From positions 2,232,368 to 2,296,367 of the forward strand of contig OZ244194.1 in the NCBI GenBank assembly GCA_965216665.1: 64,000 nt of DNA. The letters are read 5' to 3'. This document shows, piece after piece, positions 1-7,063 of the stretch. The notes under the pieces were generated by a model. That model was not told the DNA's origin. It made no database searches and saw only the letters and a program-made list of their open reading frames with translations. Positions within the stretch are counted from its first letter, which is position 1. Every line of letters begins with the position of its first letter. Origin of the DNA: Arenicellales bacterium. GTDB taxonomy: Bacteria > Pseudomonadota > Gammaproteobacteria > Arenicellales > JAANXG01. The position numbers and the translations under genes were made by a program.

Positions 1-133
1 GTGTTTGTAAGGATTACAAAAGTGCGCGGTTCAACACCCCACAGGACATCCGTGAGCGGACACACGCAAGGACGGATGATTCCTAACGCTATAATCGCCC
101 TTAAACGCAGAGCGCAGAACTAGGATCTTCGCC

Positions 134-370
134 ATGAGAAACGAATCCAGGTACGAGCAAGCGCGGCGCAACCCCACCGGTGTCTATGATTGCCCCCGCG
201 CCGTCATTGAGGACGAGGCGCTCGACGCGCAGCAGAAATTGGACATTCTTAGAACCTGGGAGAACGAAGCGGCCCACCTACAGGAATCCGAAGCGGGGGG
301 CTTGGAAGGTGGCGAGCCCAGTCTATTGAGGGAAATCAAACAGGCGATCAGGGAATTGTCGGTGCGCTGA
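134..370 (+). CDS. hypothetical small acidic protein (78 aa)
   Basis: Intact ATG ORF in DNA not covered by a better gene. No motif recognised and no clear SD. Confidence 0.3.
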   Translation: MRNESRYEQARRNPTGVYDCPRAVIEDEALDAQQKLDILRTWENEAAHLQESEAGGLEGGEPSLLREIKQAIRELSVR

Positions 371-458
371 TCCGCCGCGTCTCGGCTTCCGGCATTCGCC
401 GTCGCTGGCGTCACGCCCATACGCGGGATGAGGAGCCGAATTGGTTTTGACGGACTAC

Positions 459-665
459 TTAGCTTTTCCAAAACGGTTTATTGATTTCGCGCCAGACCTC
501 GGTACGGTTGATGCCGATGTCTTTGCATTGCGTGGCCGAGAATGCGGCCAGTTGCTGCCGTTCCCGGCTGCGGGCCTGCCACGCCTTCACGCTGTCAAGC
601 CAGTAGCGCCACGGTTTCGCCACCGTCACCTTAACTCGCTTACGATCCACGTTTTCGCCTTGCAT
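459..665 (-). CDS. DUF1127 domain-containing small protein
   Basis: 68-aa ORF. The C-terminal half RSRERQQLAAFSATQCKDIGINRTEVWREINKPFWKS fits the DUF1127 pattern (Arg-rich helix, L.DIG..R, KPFW tail). Confidence 0.65.
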   Translation of the reverse strand: MQGENVDRKRVKVTVAKPWRYWLDSVKAWQARSRERQQLAAFSATQCKDIGINRTEVWREINKPFWKS

Positions 666-849
666 ACGCTGCGCCTCTTCATGGTTACCTGACGGCCAGC
701 ATGATAGGGGCGTCCTGTTTCAGCCCGATGTCGCCGCCACGGAATCGTGTTTCAGTTTGTATCAGCGGTCGGTGGGACACCCGTGGCGGTGTCGGTAAAC
801 TGGCTTTCGCCGCGCCGCCCGGCCAGGCAGCGCCTGTACACCAGCGGTT

Positions 850-861
850 CTTATATATAAG
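850..861. promoter_or_regulatory. perfect 12-bp palindrome CTTATATATAAG in an AT-rich patch upstream of the dsrC/tusE-like gene
   Basis: Read directly. A TAATAT -10-like hexamer follows at 869-874, and the ATG is at 895. Confidence 0.25.
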
Positions 862-894
862 CACTTACTAATATAGTGTCCGGTGCGTACTGTG

Positions 895-1206
895 ATGACC
901 TACGTCCTGGACCACAAAACGATAGAGACTACCGAGGCCCGTGATCTAGTGAACGCCGAGGACTGGAGCGAGTCGGTCGCTGCACTGATCGCGGAACAGG
1001 AAGGCGTCGAGCTCACCGACCGCCACTGGGACGTGTTCCGTTATCTGCGCGATAAGTACGTGAACCAGAGGGGAAACCAGTCCAACGAACGCACTATCGT
1101 GAAAGCCATGAGCCGCAAATGGAACACGCGGGTAACGAGTCAGGACACGTTCAAGTTGTTTCCCAAGATGCCAAGCAAGCAGGTCGGCAAAATCGCCGGG
1201 CTGCCG
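895..1206 (+). pseudogene. DsrC/TusE-family sulfur-relay protein, C-terminal Cys tail lost (fused to read-through)
   Basis: MTYVLDHKTIETTEARDLVNAEDWSESVAALIAEQEGVELTDRHWDVFRYLRDKY...FKLFPKMPSKQVGKIAGLP is colinear with TusE/DsrC up to AGLP. The expected K-P-x-x-C-x end is missing. The frame instead runs on as Arg/Gly-rich sequence to 1935, antisense to panE. Confidence 0.6.
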
Positions 1207-1213
1207 GGCGGAG

Positions 1214-1600
1214 CGGGGACGTCGCGTGCTCCCGGAATGGTTCGTAGAGTGCCGTTACACGGTCGTGGACGGTCGATGTGCTTTCCGGCGCATCATGTCG
1301 GCGGCTCAGCGGCCGTCCGCGGTTATCTGCGGGAACGACCTACTGGCGCTCGGGGCGGCGTTCTAAGCACAGGCCATGGACATCGACGTTCCCGGCGACG
1401 TTTCCATTACCGGTTTCGACGACCTGGAGCTCGCGTCCCACGTGTCTCCCGCTTTGACCACCGCTCACGTCCCGGTCGAGGCGATGGGGCGTGCCGAATT
1501 CCTGCTCGCGCGCATCGACAAACGACCGATCGTCGCGAAGACCCGGCTCGACGTTACGCTCGTCGTGCGGGATACCACCGGCCCGGTTCGGGCTTCTTGA
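1214..1600 (+). pseudogene. LacI/GalR-family regulator, C-terminal remnant with an in-frame stop
   Basis: The frame encodes ...RPSAVICGNDLLALGAAF*AQAMDIDVPGDVSITGFDDLELASHVSPALTTAHVPVEAMGRAEFLL.... No HTH or N-terminal sugar-binding half is present. There is an in-frame TAA at 1364-1366. Confidence 0.7.
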
Positions 1601-1612
1601 ACCCCGCCCCCC

Positions 1613-2530
1613 TCAGCGTCCGTCGATATAAGGATGCAGCGCTCGGTATACCGTGGCGTGTACTGGCGCCTCGACACCGGCCGCGGTGCCCAGACGGACC
1701 ACCGCACCGCTCAAATACTCGAGTTCGATGCGCTTGCCCCGCTCCAGATCATCGAGCATGGACGCGCGCATACCGGCGGGCAACGACTGCACGAACCCCC
1801 ACTGGCGGTCAGCGATGTCGGCAGACAAACCCGGGCAGTGCGCAAAGCCCACGTGCGCGGTCTCGTGCAGGGCATCCTGCAACAACCCGGCGCATTCTAA
1901 ATCGGCAAGCACTTCCCCTACCGACAACCGGGTGAGAGCGGTAACCGCGGCGAGCGACGATATCAACACGAATTTTTCCCACAGCCGTACTTCGATATCG
2001 TCCACCAGCTCGCACTGCACGCCGGCGCCCCGCAATGCCTGGGCCAGGCGCTCCGCTTTGCTGCTCCGGCGCCCGTCGAACGCTCCGAATATCAGTCGCG
2101 CCAGCGAACCGCTGTGGCGGATCACCCCCGGCGCACGCACATCGGCAAAGATATACGCCACCCCGCCCAGCACGCGCTCATCGCCCACCACCGCCGCAAT
2201 GCGTTCGCGACTTTCGACGCCGTTTTGAAACGACACCACCTCCGTGTCGTCCGCGAGTAACGGCGCCAGAGCCTGCGCCGCGGCGTCGGTGTCATACGCC
2301 TTGACGAGGAACATAACCAAATCGACCGGACCCACATCCCCCGGGTCATCACTCGCACGCACCGGATGCAGATGTACATCGCCGAGCTCGCTTTCCAGCG
2401 TTAAACCCCGCTGTCGCAGGACCTCGAGGTGACCGCCTCGGGCGATGAACGAAACGTCATTACCCGCTTCGAGAAGCCGGCCGCCGAAGTAACCGCCCAA
2501 CGCGCCGGCGCCGAATACGGCGATCTTCAC
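1613..2530 (-). CDS. panE: 2-dehydropantoate 2-reductase (ketopantoate reductase, ApbA/PanE family)
   Basis: VKIAVFGAGALGGYFGGRL Rossmann motif at the N-terminus. The C-terminal ...MLDDLERGKRIELEYLSGAVV... is typical of PanE. I chose the GTG start at 2530; the ORF extends to 2593. Confidence 0.8.
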   Translation of the reverse strand: MKIAVFGAGALGGYFGGRLLEAGNDVSFIARGGHLEVLRQRGLTLESELGDVHLHPVRASDDPGDVGPVDLVMFLVKAYDTDAAAQALAPLLADDTEVVSFQNGVESRERIAAVVGDERVLGGVAYIFADVRAPGVIRHSGSLARLIFGAFDGRRSSKAERLAQALRGAGVQCELVDDIEVRLWEKFVLISSLAAVTALTRLSVGEVLADLECAGLLQDALHETAHVGFAHCPGLSADIADRQWGFVQSLPAGMRASMLDDLERGKRIELEYLSGAVVRLGTAAGVEAPVHATVYRALHPYIDGR

Positions 2531-2600
2531 ACCGCTCCCGCTCCGATCATACCTTTCATACCGCACCCCGCGACGCGCCGCCGCAATCTGCACATCGGCG

Positions 2601-2771
2601 TCAAGCCAGTAGTTCCTGCGCGCCCCGGTCGATCTCTACCGCGCCGCTTCTCATCACCGCAGTAATCATCGTATAGGCCTCCGCCCATACGGCTTTCACT
2701 GCCGGTGTCCATTCGTCGCCGTCGGGCGCGAGCCGGACCAAGTGTGTCGCAGGTCTCTGTTGTCGTGTCAT
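2601..2771 (-). CDS. hypothetical 56-aa protein (below the 60-aa ORF-track cutoff)
   Basis: My own translation: MTRQQRPATHLVRLAPDGDEWTPAVKAVWAEAYTMITAVMRSGAVEIDRGAQELLA. The ATG is preceded by GGTAGGAGTACAGTCCC, with AGGAG about 9 nt upstream. It lies 70 bp upstream of panE on the same strand. Confidence 0.35.
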   Translation of the reverse strand: MTRQQRPATHLVRLAPDGDEWTPAVKAVWAEAYTMITAVMRSGAVEIDRGAQELLA

Positions 2772-3152
2772 GGGACTGTACTCCTACCGGTTTGGTTTGC
2801 CAACTGGAGAACGTGTGTTCACACACAGCGCATTTGACGAGCCGCCACTCGCTTCATCAGCGGCGCCCAGTTCCCGGACTCGTCCCCCGATTCGAACCTG
2901 GTGTAGGTGATTGGTCATCGGGCACTACGGATACACCTTGCAGTGCAACGCGTCTCCGCATTCGCCCAAATTGTCGAGGTGGACGCGTACATCGCGCGCG
3001 TGAATAAATATCCCGCTACGACTGTCTCCCCGCCGGACGGTGCGGGATGTTAAGTAATACGATACGGCCGGTCCGTGGTATGAGTGCACCACGTTGTAGT
3101 CAGTCACAGGATAACTCTCGATCGTTAGAGCATGCTAGTATCATTTCCGTGT

Positions 3153-3167
3153 AATAAATCTGTCCCC
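3153..3167 (+). repeat. 15-bp motif AATAAATCTGTCCCC, copy 1 (upstream of the algH-like gene)
   Basis: Identical to 3895-3909. It ends 8 bp before ATG 3175. Confidence 0.6.
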
Positions 3168-3174
3168 CTTTTAC

Positions 3175-3834
3175 ATGTCCGCGCTAGAGAGAGATGGGTT
3201 TCGGGCGGTCTGGTTTGCGGTCTGTATGATCGCTGCCATGCTCCCTTATGTCGGCGTCGTCGAAGCGAATTCCACGGTCGCGGTCGTCGACGTGCCGGCG
3301 GCGGGTAAATTCCTGGTCGCACGGCGCGGTCTTCCCGATCCGCGCTTCAGGCGTACGGTAATCTTGTTGCTCCATCATGATCGCGGCGGTTCCGCCGGCC
3401 TGATCATCAATCGTCGCACCTCGGCGGCCCCGTCTCATCTCGATCCGGACCTCGACGGGATCGGTGATCCGGGACAACGCCTGTTTTACGGCGGTCCGGT
3501 CGCGACCGCCGGGCTGACTTTTCTCGTGCGCAGCAAATCCCGTCCGGAGGACGCCCGAGCCGTGATCACCGAGGTATTTCTCGGCACCCAAAAAAAACGG
3601 GCCGAGGCACTGCTCCGCATGGGTAAAACCATGGACGAACTGCGATTGTATTTCGGACACGCGGGTTGGGCGCCGGGGCAACTCGACGGCGAACTGGCGC
3701 GCGGCGATTGGTACGTCGTTGACGCCGACGCCGATGCCGTCTTCACCGACGAAGGAGAACAATTGTGGCAACACTACATAGATCGCCACGCGCCGCCCGG
3801 GCTGATGGCGGCGCGTACGCGGACCAACGGCTGA
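3175..3834 (+). CDS. algH: YqgE/AlgH family protein (UPF0301) with an N-terminal hydrophobic extension
   Basis: GKFLVARRGLPDPRFRRTVILLLHHDRGGSAGLIINR ... LYFGHAGWAPGQLDGELARGDWYVV is the family signature. Residues ~10-30 (AVWFAVCMIAAMLPYVGVV) are signal/anchor-like. Confidence 0.8.
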   Translation: MSALERDGFRAVWFAVCMIAAMLPYVGVVEANSTVAVVDVPAAGKFLVARRGLPDPRFRRTVILLLHHDRGGSAGLIINRRTSAAPSHLDPDLDGIGDPGQRLFYGGPVATAGLTFLVRSKSRPEDARAVITEVFLGTQKKRAEALLRMGKTMDELRLYFGHAGWAPGQLDGELARGDWYVVDADADAVFTDEGEQLWQHYIDRHAPPGLMAARTRTNG

Positions 3835-3894
3835 CGCGCGGTCGACACTTTGTAGCGGGTGGATTTTCTAAGTCACAGGCCTATCGCGGCGGAA

Positions 3895-3909
3895 AATAAA
3901 TCTGTCCCC
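3895..3909 (+). repeat. 15-bp motif AATAAATCTGTCCCC, copy 2 (upstream of the small secreted-protein gene)
   Basis: Identical to 3153-3167. It ends 64 bp before ATG 3973. Confidence 0.6.
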
Positions 3910-3972
3910 GGAACGGGAACCAAAGCGCAGTGGCGGGCTCTAACGCTTGGAGACAGCATAAGGAATCACGGC

Positions 3973-4257
3973 ATGAAAAAAGTACGTATCGCAGTCTTCA
4001 CCGCGGCGGCGGCGTTGTCACCGAGCGCGGTGTGGGCCTGCTCCGCGGCCGGCCCCAGCACCCACGTCGGTAATGTACTGTCGGTGGAGGCCGACCAGGG
4101 CCGGTTCACGATCCGCGATGCCGAGACCATGAGCCCCATTACGTTCACCGCCAGTGAGTCGATCCTGAAAAGCCTGGAAGCCGGGAAGGGCGTGGTTTTC
4201 GTCGACTACGAGGAGGACGGCGACGCGCTGAGAGCGGTCGACGTGACGCTTCAGTAA
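3973..4257 (+). CDS. small exported protein, possibly a lipoprotein (94 aa)
   Basis: MKKVRIAVFTAAAALSPSAVWAC is a signal peptide with a lipobox-like AVWAC. AGGAAT SD lies upstream of ATG 3973. The longer ORF from 3859 has no support. Confidence 0.55.
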   Translation: MKKVRIAVFTAAAALSPSAVWACSAAGPSTHVGNVLSVEADQGRFTIRDAETMSPITFTASESILKSLEAGKGVVFVDYEEDGDALRAVDVTLQ

Positions 4258-4916
4258 CGGCGTTAGACCGGCATTTATACACTGACGGCGTCGCGCGTCG
4301 ACGTAACCGTGAACTTCGCCTCGCTCCCTGGTTCGTCATAACGTCTGCGCCGCGCTCGCCGTACTCTCACACACGATCTTGACCGACGTCCGTGCGCGCG
4401 TGAGGGGTTTGGACGTCGCGATCGTCACCTGCTTCGTTTCGCGCGGTGCTACGGTACCGAGATTTGCACTCTTTTCAGTCTTCCCGCCGGCGCGCACGTT
4501 GGAGGGGATTTGCGTGCATTCAGAGCCGTTACTGACTACGGTGATCGCGGGTACCTTGACGCGTGGGTATGCCTCGAATCCGCCCGTGGCTGACGCCTCG
4601 CCACGCACCAAAAACAGCCCCGTACCCCAGCGTCAACGACCAGTGTTTCGGGCTCTGGCATTTGTAATTCACGGTGTACCGCCTCGGTCGATGTTGGTGG
4701 TTCGGTTCGGTACCGGTGAGTCGGCCGCTGCGATGACGCGGCTCATGGAATCGGCCCTTTCGTGAAGCCGCGATCCCGGCTCGGCCTCCCCGGCCACTCC
4801 GGTTCCCGCCCCTTGGCCGCAGGAACTGTCTTACGTGCCTTATGGCGTCGCCACCATGCGGGTACTTGCGTAGGCATCGCCTGGATGCGGGTCGGCGCGC
4901 CCCGGAAAGCGATGAC

Positions 4917-4944
4917 CGCCCGCTCCGCCGGGCGTGCTTTTTTT
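4917..4944 (+). terminator. rho-independent-terminator-like hairpin plus T7 run
   Basis: CGCCCG-ctccgc-CGGGCG (6-bp GC stem), then tgc and TTTTTTT (4938-4944). No confident upstream + strand gene explains it. Confidence 0.4.
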
Positions 4945-5072
4945 CGAGCCTCCAGCCACCCCCCGACACCCCCACCGCTGGGCCGCAGCACCACCCCGCG
5001 TGTTGAATCGGTGCCACAACACGACCGACGGTGTTCCGCGAAACGGGACCGCAGAGTTTCAAAATACCAGTA

Positions 5073-5091
5073 ATGAGCATAATAGTCTCAT
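5073..5091. promoter_or_regulatory. inverted repeat ATGAG-N9-CTCAT (candidate operator 1) upstream of TRAP operon 1
   Basis: atgagcataatagtctcat, read directly in a strongly AT-rich island. Confidence 0.35.
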
Positions 5092-5134
5092 TTTATGGCG
5101 TTTTTTATTGACTTTTTCCATTTTATTGGTGATC

Positions 5135-5153
5135 ATGAGACTTACAAGCTCAT
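5135..5153. promoter_or_regulatory. inverted repeat ATGAG-N9-CTCAT (candidate operator 2) upstream of TRAP operon 1
   Basis: atgagacttacaagctcat. Same arms and spacer length as 5073-5091, with centres 62 bp apart. It lies 63 bp before ATG 5216. Confidence 0.35.
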
Positions 5154-5215
5154 AACTGCTTGTCATGGCCCTACACAGGGGGCGTTCACACACCAAAGGC
5201 GAATGGAGAACCAGC

Positions 5216-6445
5216 ATGACCAAACTCGATCCTACTCCGACGGGTCGTCGGGAATTTATGAAAGTCGCAGGTCGATACGGGCTCACGTCCACAGTCATCG
5301 CCGCGGCGGGCCTCGGCGGGACCGCGACGCTGTCCGAACTGGCCCGCGCCGCCGAACACACGAAATCGAAGCGAGCAGCCACCACCCCCAAATTCGAATT
5401 GAAATTCGGGGCATCCGGTTTCAACGAGACCAACCTCGATATCCAGAAGTCGGGACAATTGTTCTTCGCCCAAGACCTCGAGGAGCGCACCGACGGCGCG
5501 GTACGAGTCGAATTCATCGGCAGCAATCAGTTGTGCGGTCAATTGAATTGCGTAAAGAAAACCCAGCAGGGCATCGTCGACGTATATTCCGCGTCGACAC
5601 AGAATTCTGCGGGCGGCGCCCCTTACCTGAATGTTCTCGATTACGCGTACATGTTTCCGTCACGCGCGTCCCAGTATCACTTCTTCTACCATCCGAAAAG
5701 CGAAGAAATCCTGCGCAAACCTTTGCGCGAACGCCACAAGATCCAGTTTCTGTTCACCCACTGTGAGCTTCGCGGAATCATGCTCGGGTTGAAATGGAAA
5801 GATAAGCCGCTGGTCAAGTCGGTGGAGGATTTGGCCGGCACCAAAAACCGGGTGACGGGCACACAGCTCGGGCGCATCGCAATGCAGTTGATGAACCTGA
5901 ACCCGGTGCCGATCGCCTGGGAGGAGACGTTGGACGGATTGAAACAAGGTTTGATCGACGGTGCAGAGACGTGGATGGGCGCCGTCGCGTACGCGGGCAT
6001 GTCCCCGGTGGTATCCCAAGCTGTGGACCTGAAGTTCTTTTGTGGAACGGAGCACACCGCCATGAGCCTGCCGGTATTTGAGAAACTCGGTAGTGACCTG
6101 CAGGAAGCGGTCATGGAGTCGGCTTATACCGCGCAGGTGTATGTCCAGGGGATGCACGAAGCGGCGCTTTACGACATCGTTGGCGGCACCAATCCGCAAA
6201 AACCCGGAACGGTTTTCGCCGAACACGGCGTGAAGGTCGCCTCCCTTTCTGACGAGGAAATCAAGAAGGCCGAGCAGATGTGCTCACCCGAGTTCAATCC
6301 CGAGCCCTGGAGCGAATGGCGCGAACGCCTGGACAAGTGGTCGGGAGGCCAGGATACGTACAAGGTTATCTATGATATCGCCAGGGAGATTCCCACGGAT
6401 CTACCTACCGTCAACGTCAAGCCGCGGCGTTGGTGGAAGGCGTAG
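5216..6445 (+). CDS. dctP: TRAP transporter substrate-binding protein (DctP family) with a twin-arginine signal
   Basis: MTKLDPTPTGRREFMKVAGRYGLTSTVIAAAGLGG is Tat-like. It is followed by dctQ and dctM. GGAGA SD precedes ATG 5216. Confidence 0.8.
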   Translation: MTKLDPTPTGRREFMKVAGRYGLTSTVIAAAGLGGTATLSELARAAEHTKSKRAATTPKFELKFGASGFNETNLDIQKSGQLFFAQDLEERTDGAVRVEFIGSNQLCGQLNCVKKTQQGIVDVYSASTQNSAGGAPYLNVLDYAYMFPSRASQYHFFYHPKSEEILRKPLRERHKIQFLFTHCELRGIMLGLKWKDKPLVKSVEDLAGTKNRVTGTQLGRIAMQLMNLNPVPIAWEETLDGLKQGLIDGAETWMGAVAYAGMSPVVSQAVDLKFFCGTEHTAMSLPVFEKLGSDLQEAVMESAYTAQVYVQGMHEAALYDIVGGTNPQKPGTVFAEHGVKVASLSDEEIKKAEQMCSPEFNPEPWSEWRERLDKWSGGQDTYKVIYDIAREIPTDLPTVNVKPRRWWKA

Positions 6446-6520
6446 CATAAGTAATGGTGAGCGGGGACCGAATCGGTCCCCGTTTTTCCACACAAACCTT
6501 TCACCAAAGGGGATGAGAGC

Positions 6521-7048
6521 ATGAATCCAATCAAGCTCGTTTTCCGCTGGCTGGACAACAACATCGAGAAAGTGATCCTGCTGGTCAGTTATACCGGAAT
6601 GGCAGGCATCATCTTCGTGGAAGTCGTGCGGCGGTTTGCGTTGAACCAACAGGCGCCATGGAGCAGTACCATCCCGGTGCTGCTCTTTTTGTGGGTCACC
6701 TGGTTCGGCGCAGCCTCCAATATTCGCAACCGCAGCCATTTGTCACTCAACGAAGTTCGTTTGCGACTGCCCTATGCGGCGCAGTTTGCCTGCCTGATTC
6801 TGGATGCGGTGCTGTGGATCATATTCGCTGCCATCGTGATCTATTTCTGCTCCGAACAAGTGGCACTGGCCAGGGACAACTTCGCGATCGTCGAAGGCAC
6901 GGACAACGTTATGCAATGGTGGTTCTATCTCGCCACTCCACTCGCCTGGGCGCTGCTGGTGATCCGAGTTCTGCAGAACCTTTGGGAGGACTTACATCGC
7001 TTCCGCGCTGGAGAGCCATTTGTCCTGCAACCGACATTGCTGGAATGA
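6521..7048 (+). CDS. dctQ: TRAP transporter small permease (DctQ family)
   Basis: 175 aa with four hydrophobic segments, positioned between dctP and dctM. Confidence 0.85.
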   Translation: MNPIKLVFRWLDNNIEKVILLVSYTGMAGIIFVEVVRRFALNQQAPWSSTIPVLLFLWVTWFGAASNIRNRSHLSLNEVRLRLPYAAQFACLILDAVLWIIFAAIVIYFCSEQVALARDNFAIVEGTDNVMQWWFYLATPLAWALLVIRVLQNLWEDLHRFRAGEPFVLQPTLLE

Positions 7049-7063
7049 GGGGAGGAATAATCG

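Noticed and set aside
865-880. Half-match to an NrdR box (CTTACTAATATAGTGT) upstream of the dsrC-like gene.
   Set aside because: Only the right half (ATATAGTGT) fits. The left half does not, there is no second box, and the gene is unrelated to nrd.
883-1935. 350-aa ORF listed in the track as one protein.
   Set aside because: Only the first ~104 codons (from ATG 895) look like a real DsrC/TusE protein. The rest is Arg/Gly/Pro-rich, overlaps a LacI remnant in another frame and runs antisense through panE. I treat it as read-through after a deletion.
2889-2898. GATTCGAACC (reverse complement GGTTCGAATC), a tRNA T-loop-like string that suggests a tRNA or tmRNA on the - strand.
   Set aside because: The flanking bases give only 3 of 5 T-stem pairs (CCAGG / CGGGG). 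I could not fold an acceptor stem, anticodon arm or CCA context. It is probably a chance match or a very decayed fragment.
4529-5080. 183-aa - strand ORF, with nested ORFs at 4743-4994 and 4762-5073, in the gap before TRAP operon 1.
   Set aside because: Extreme Arg/Gly/Pro content and no motifs. They span the AT-rich promoter island and a terminator-like hairpin. These are typical high-GC shadow ORFs.
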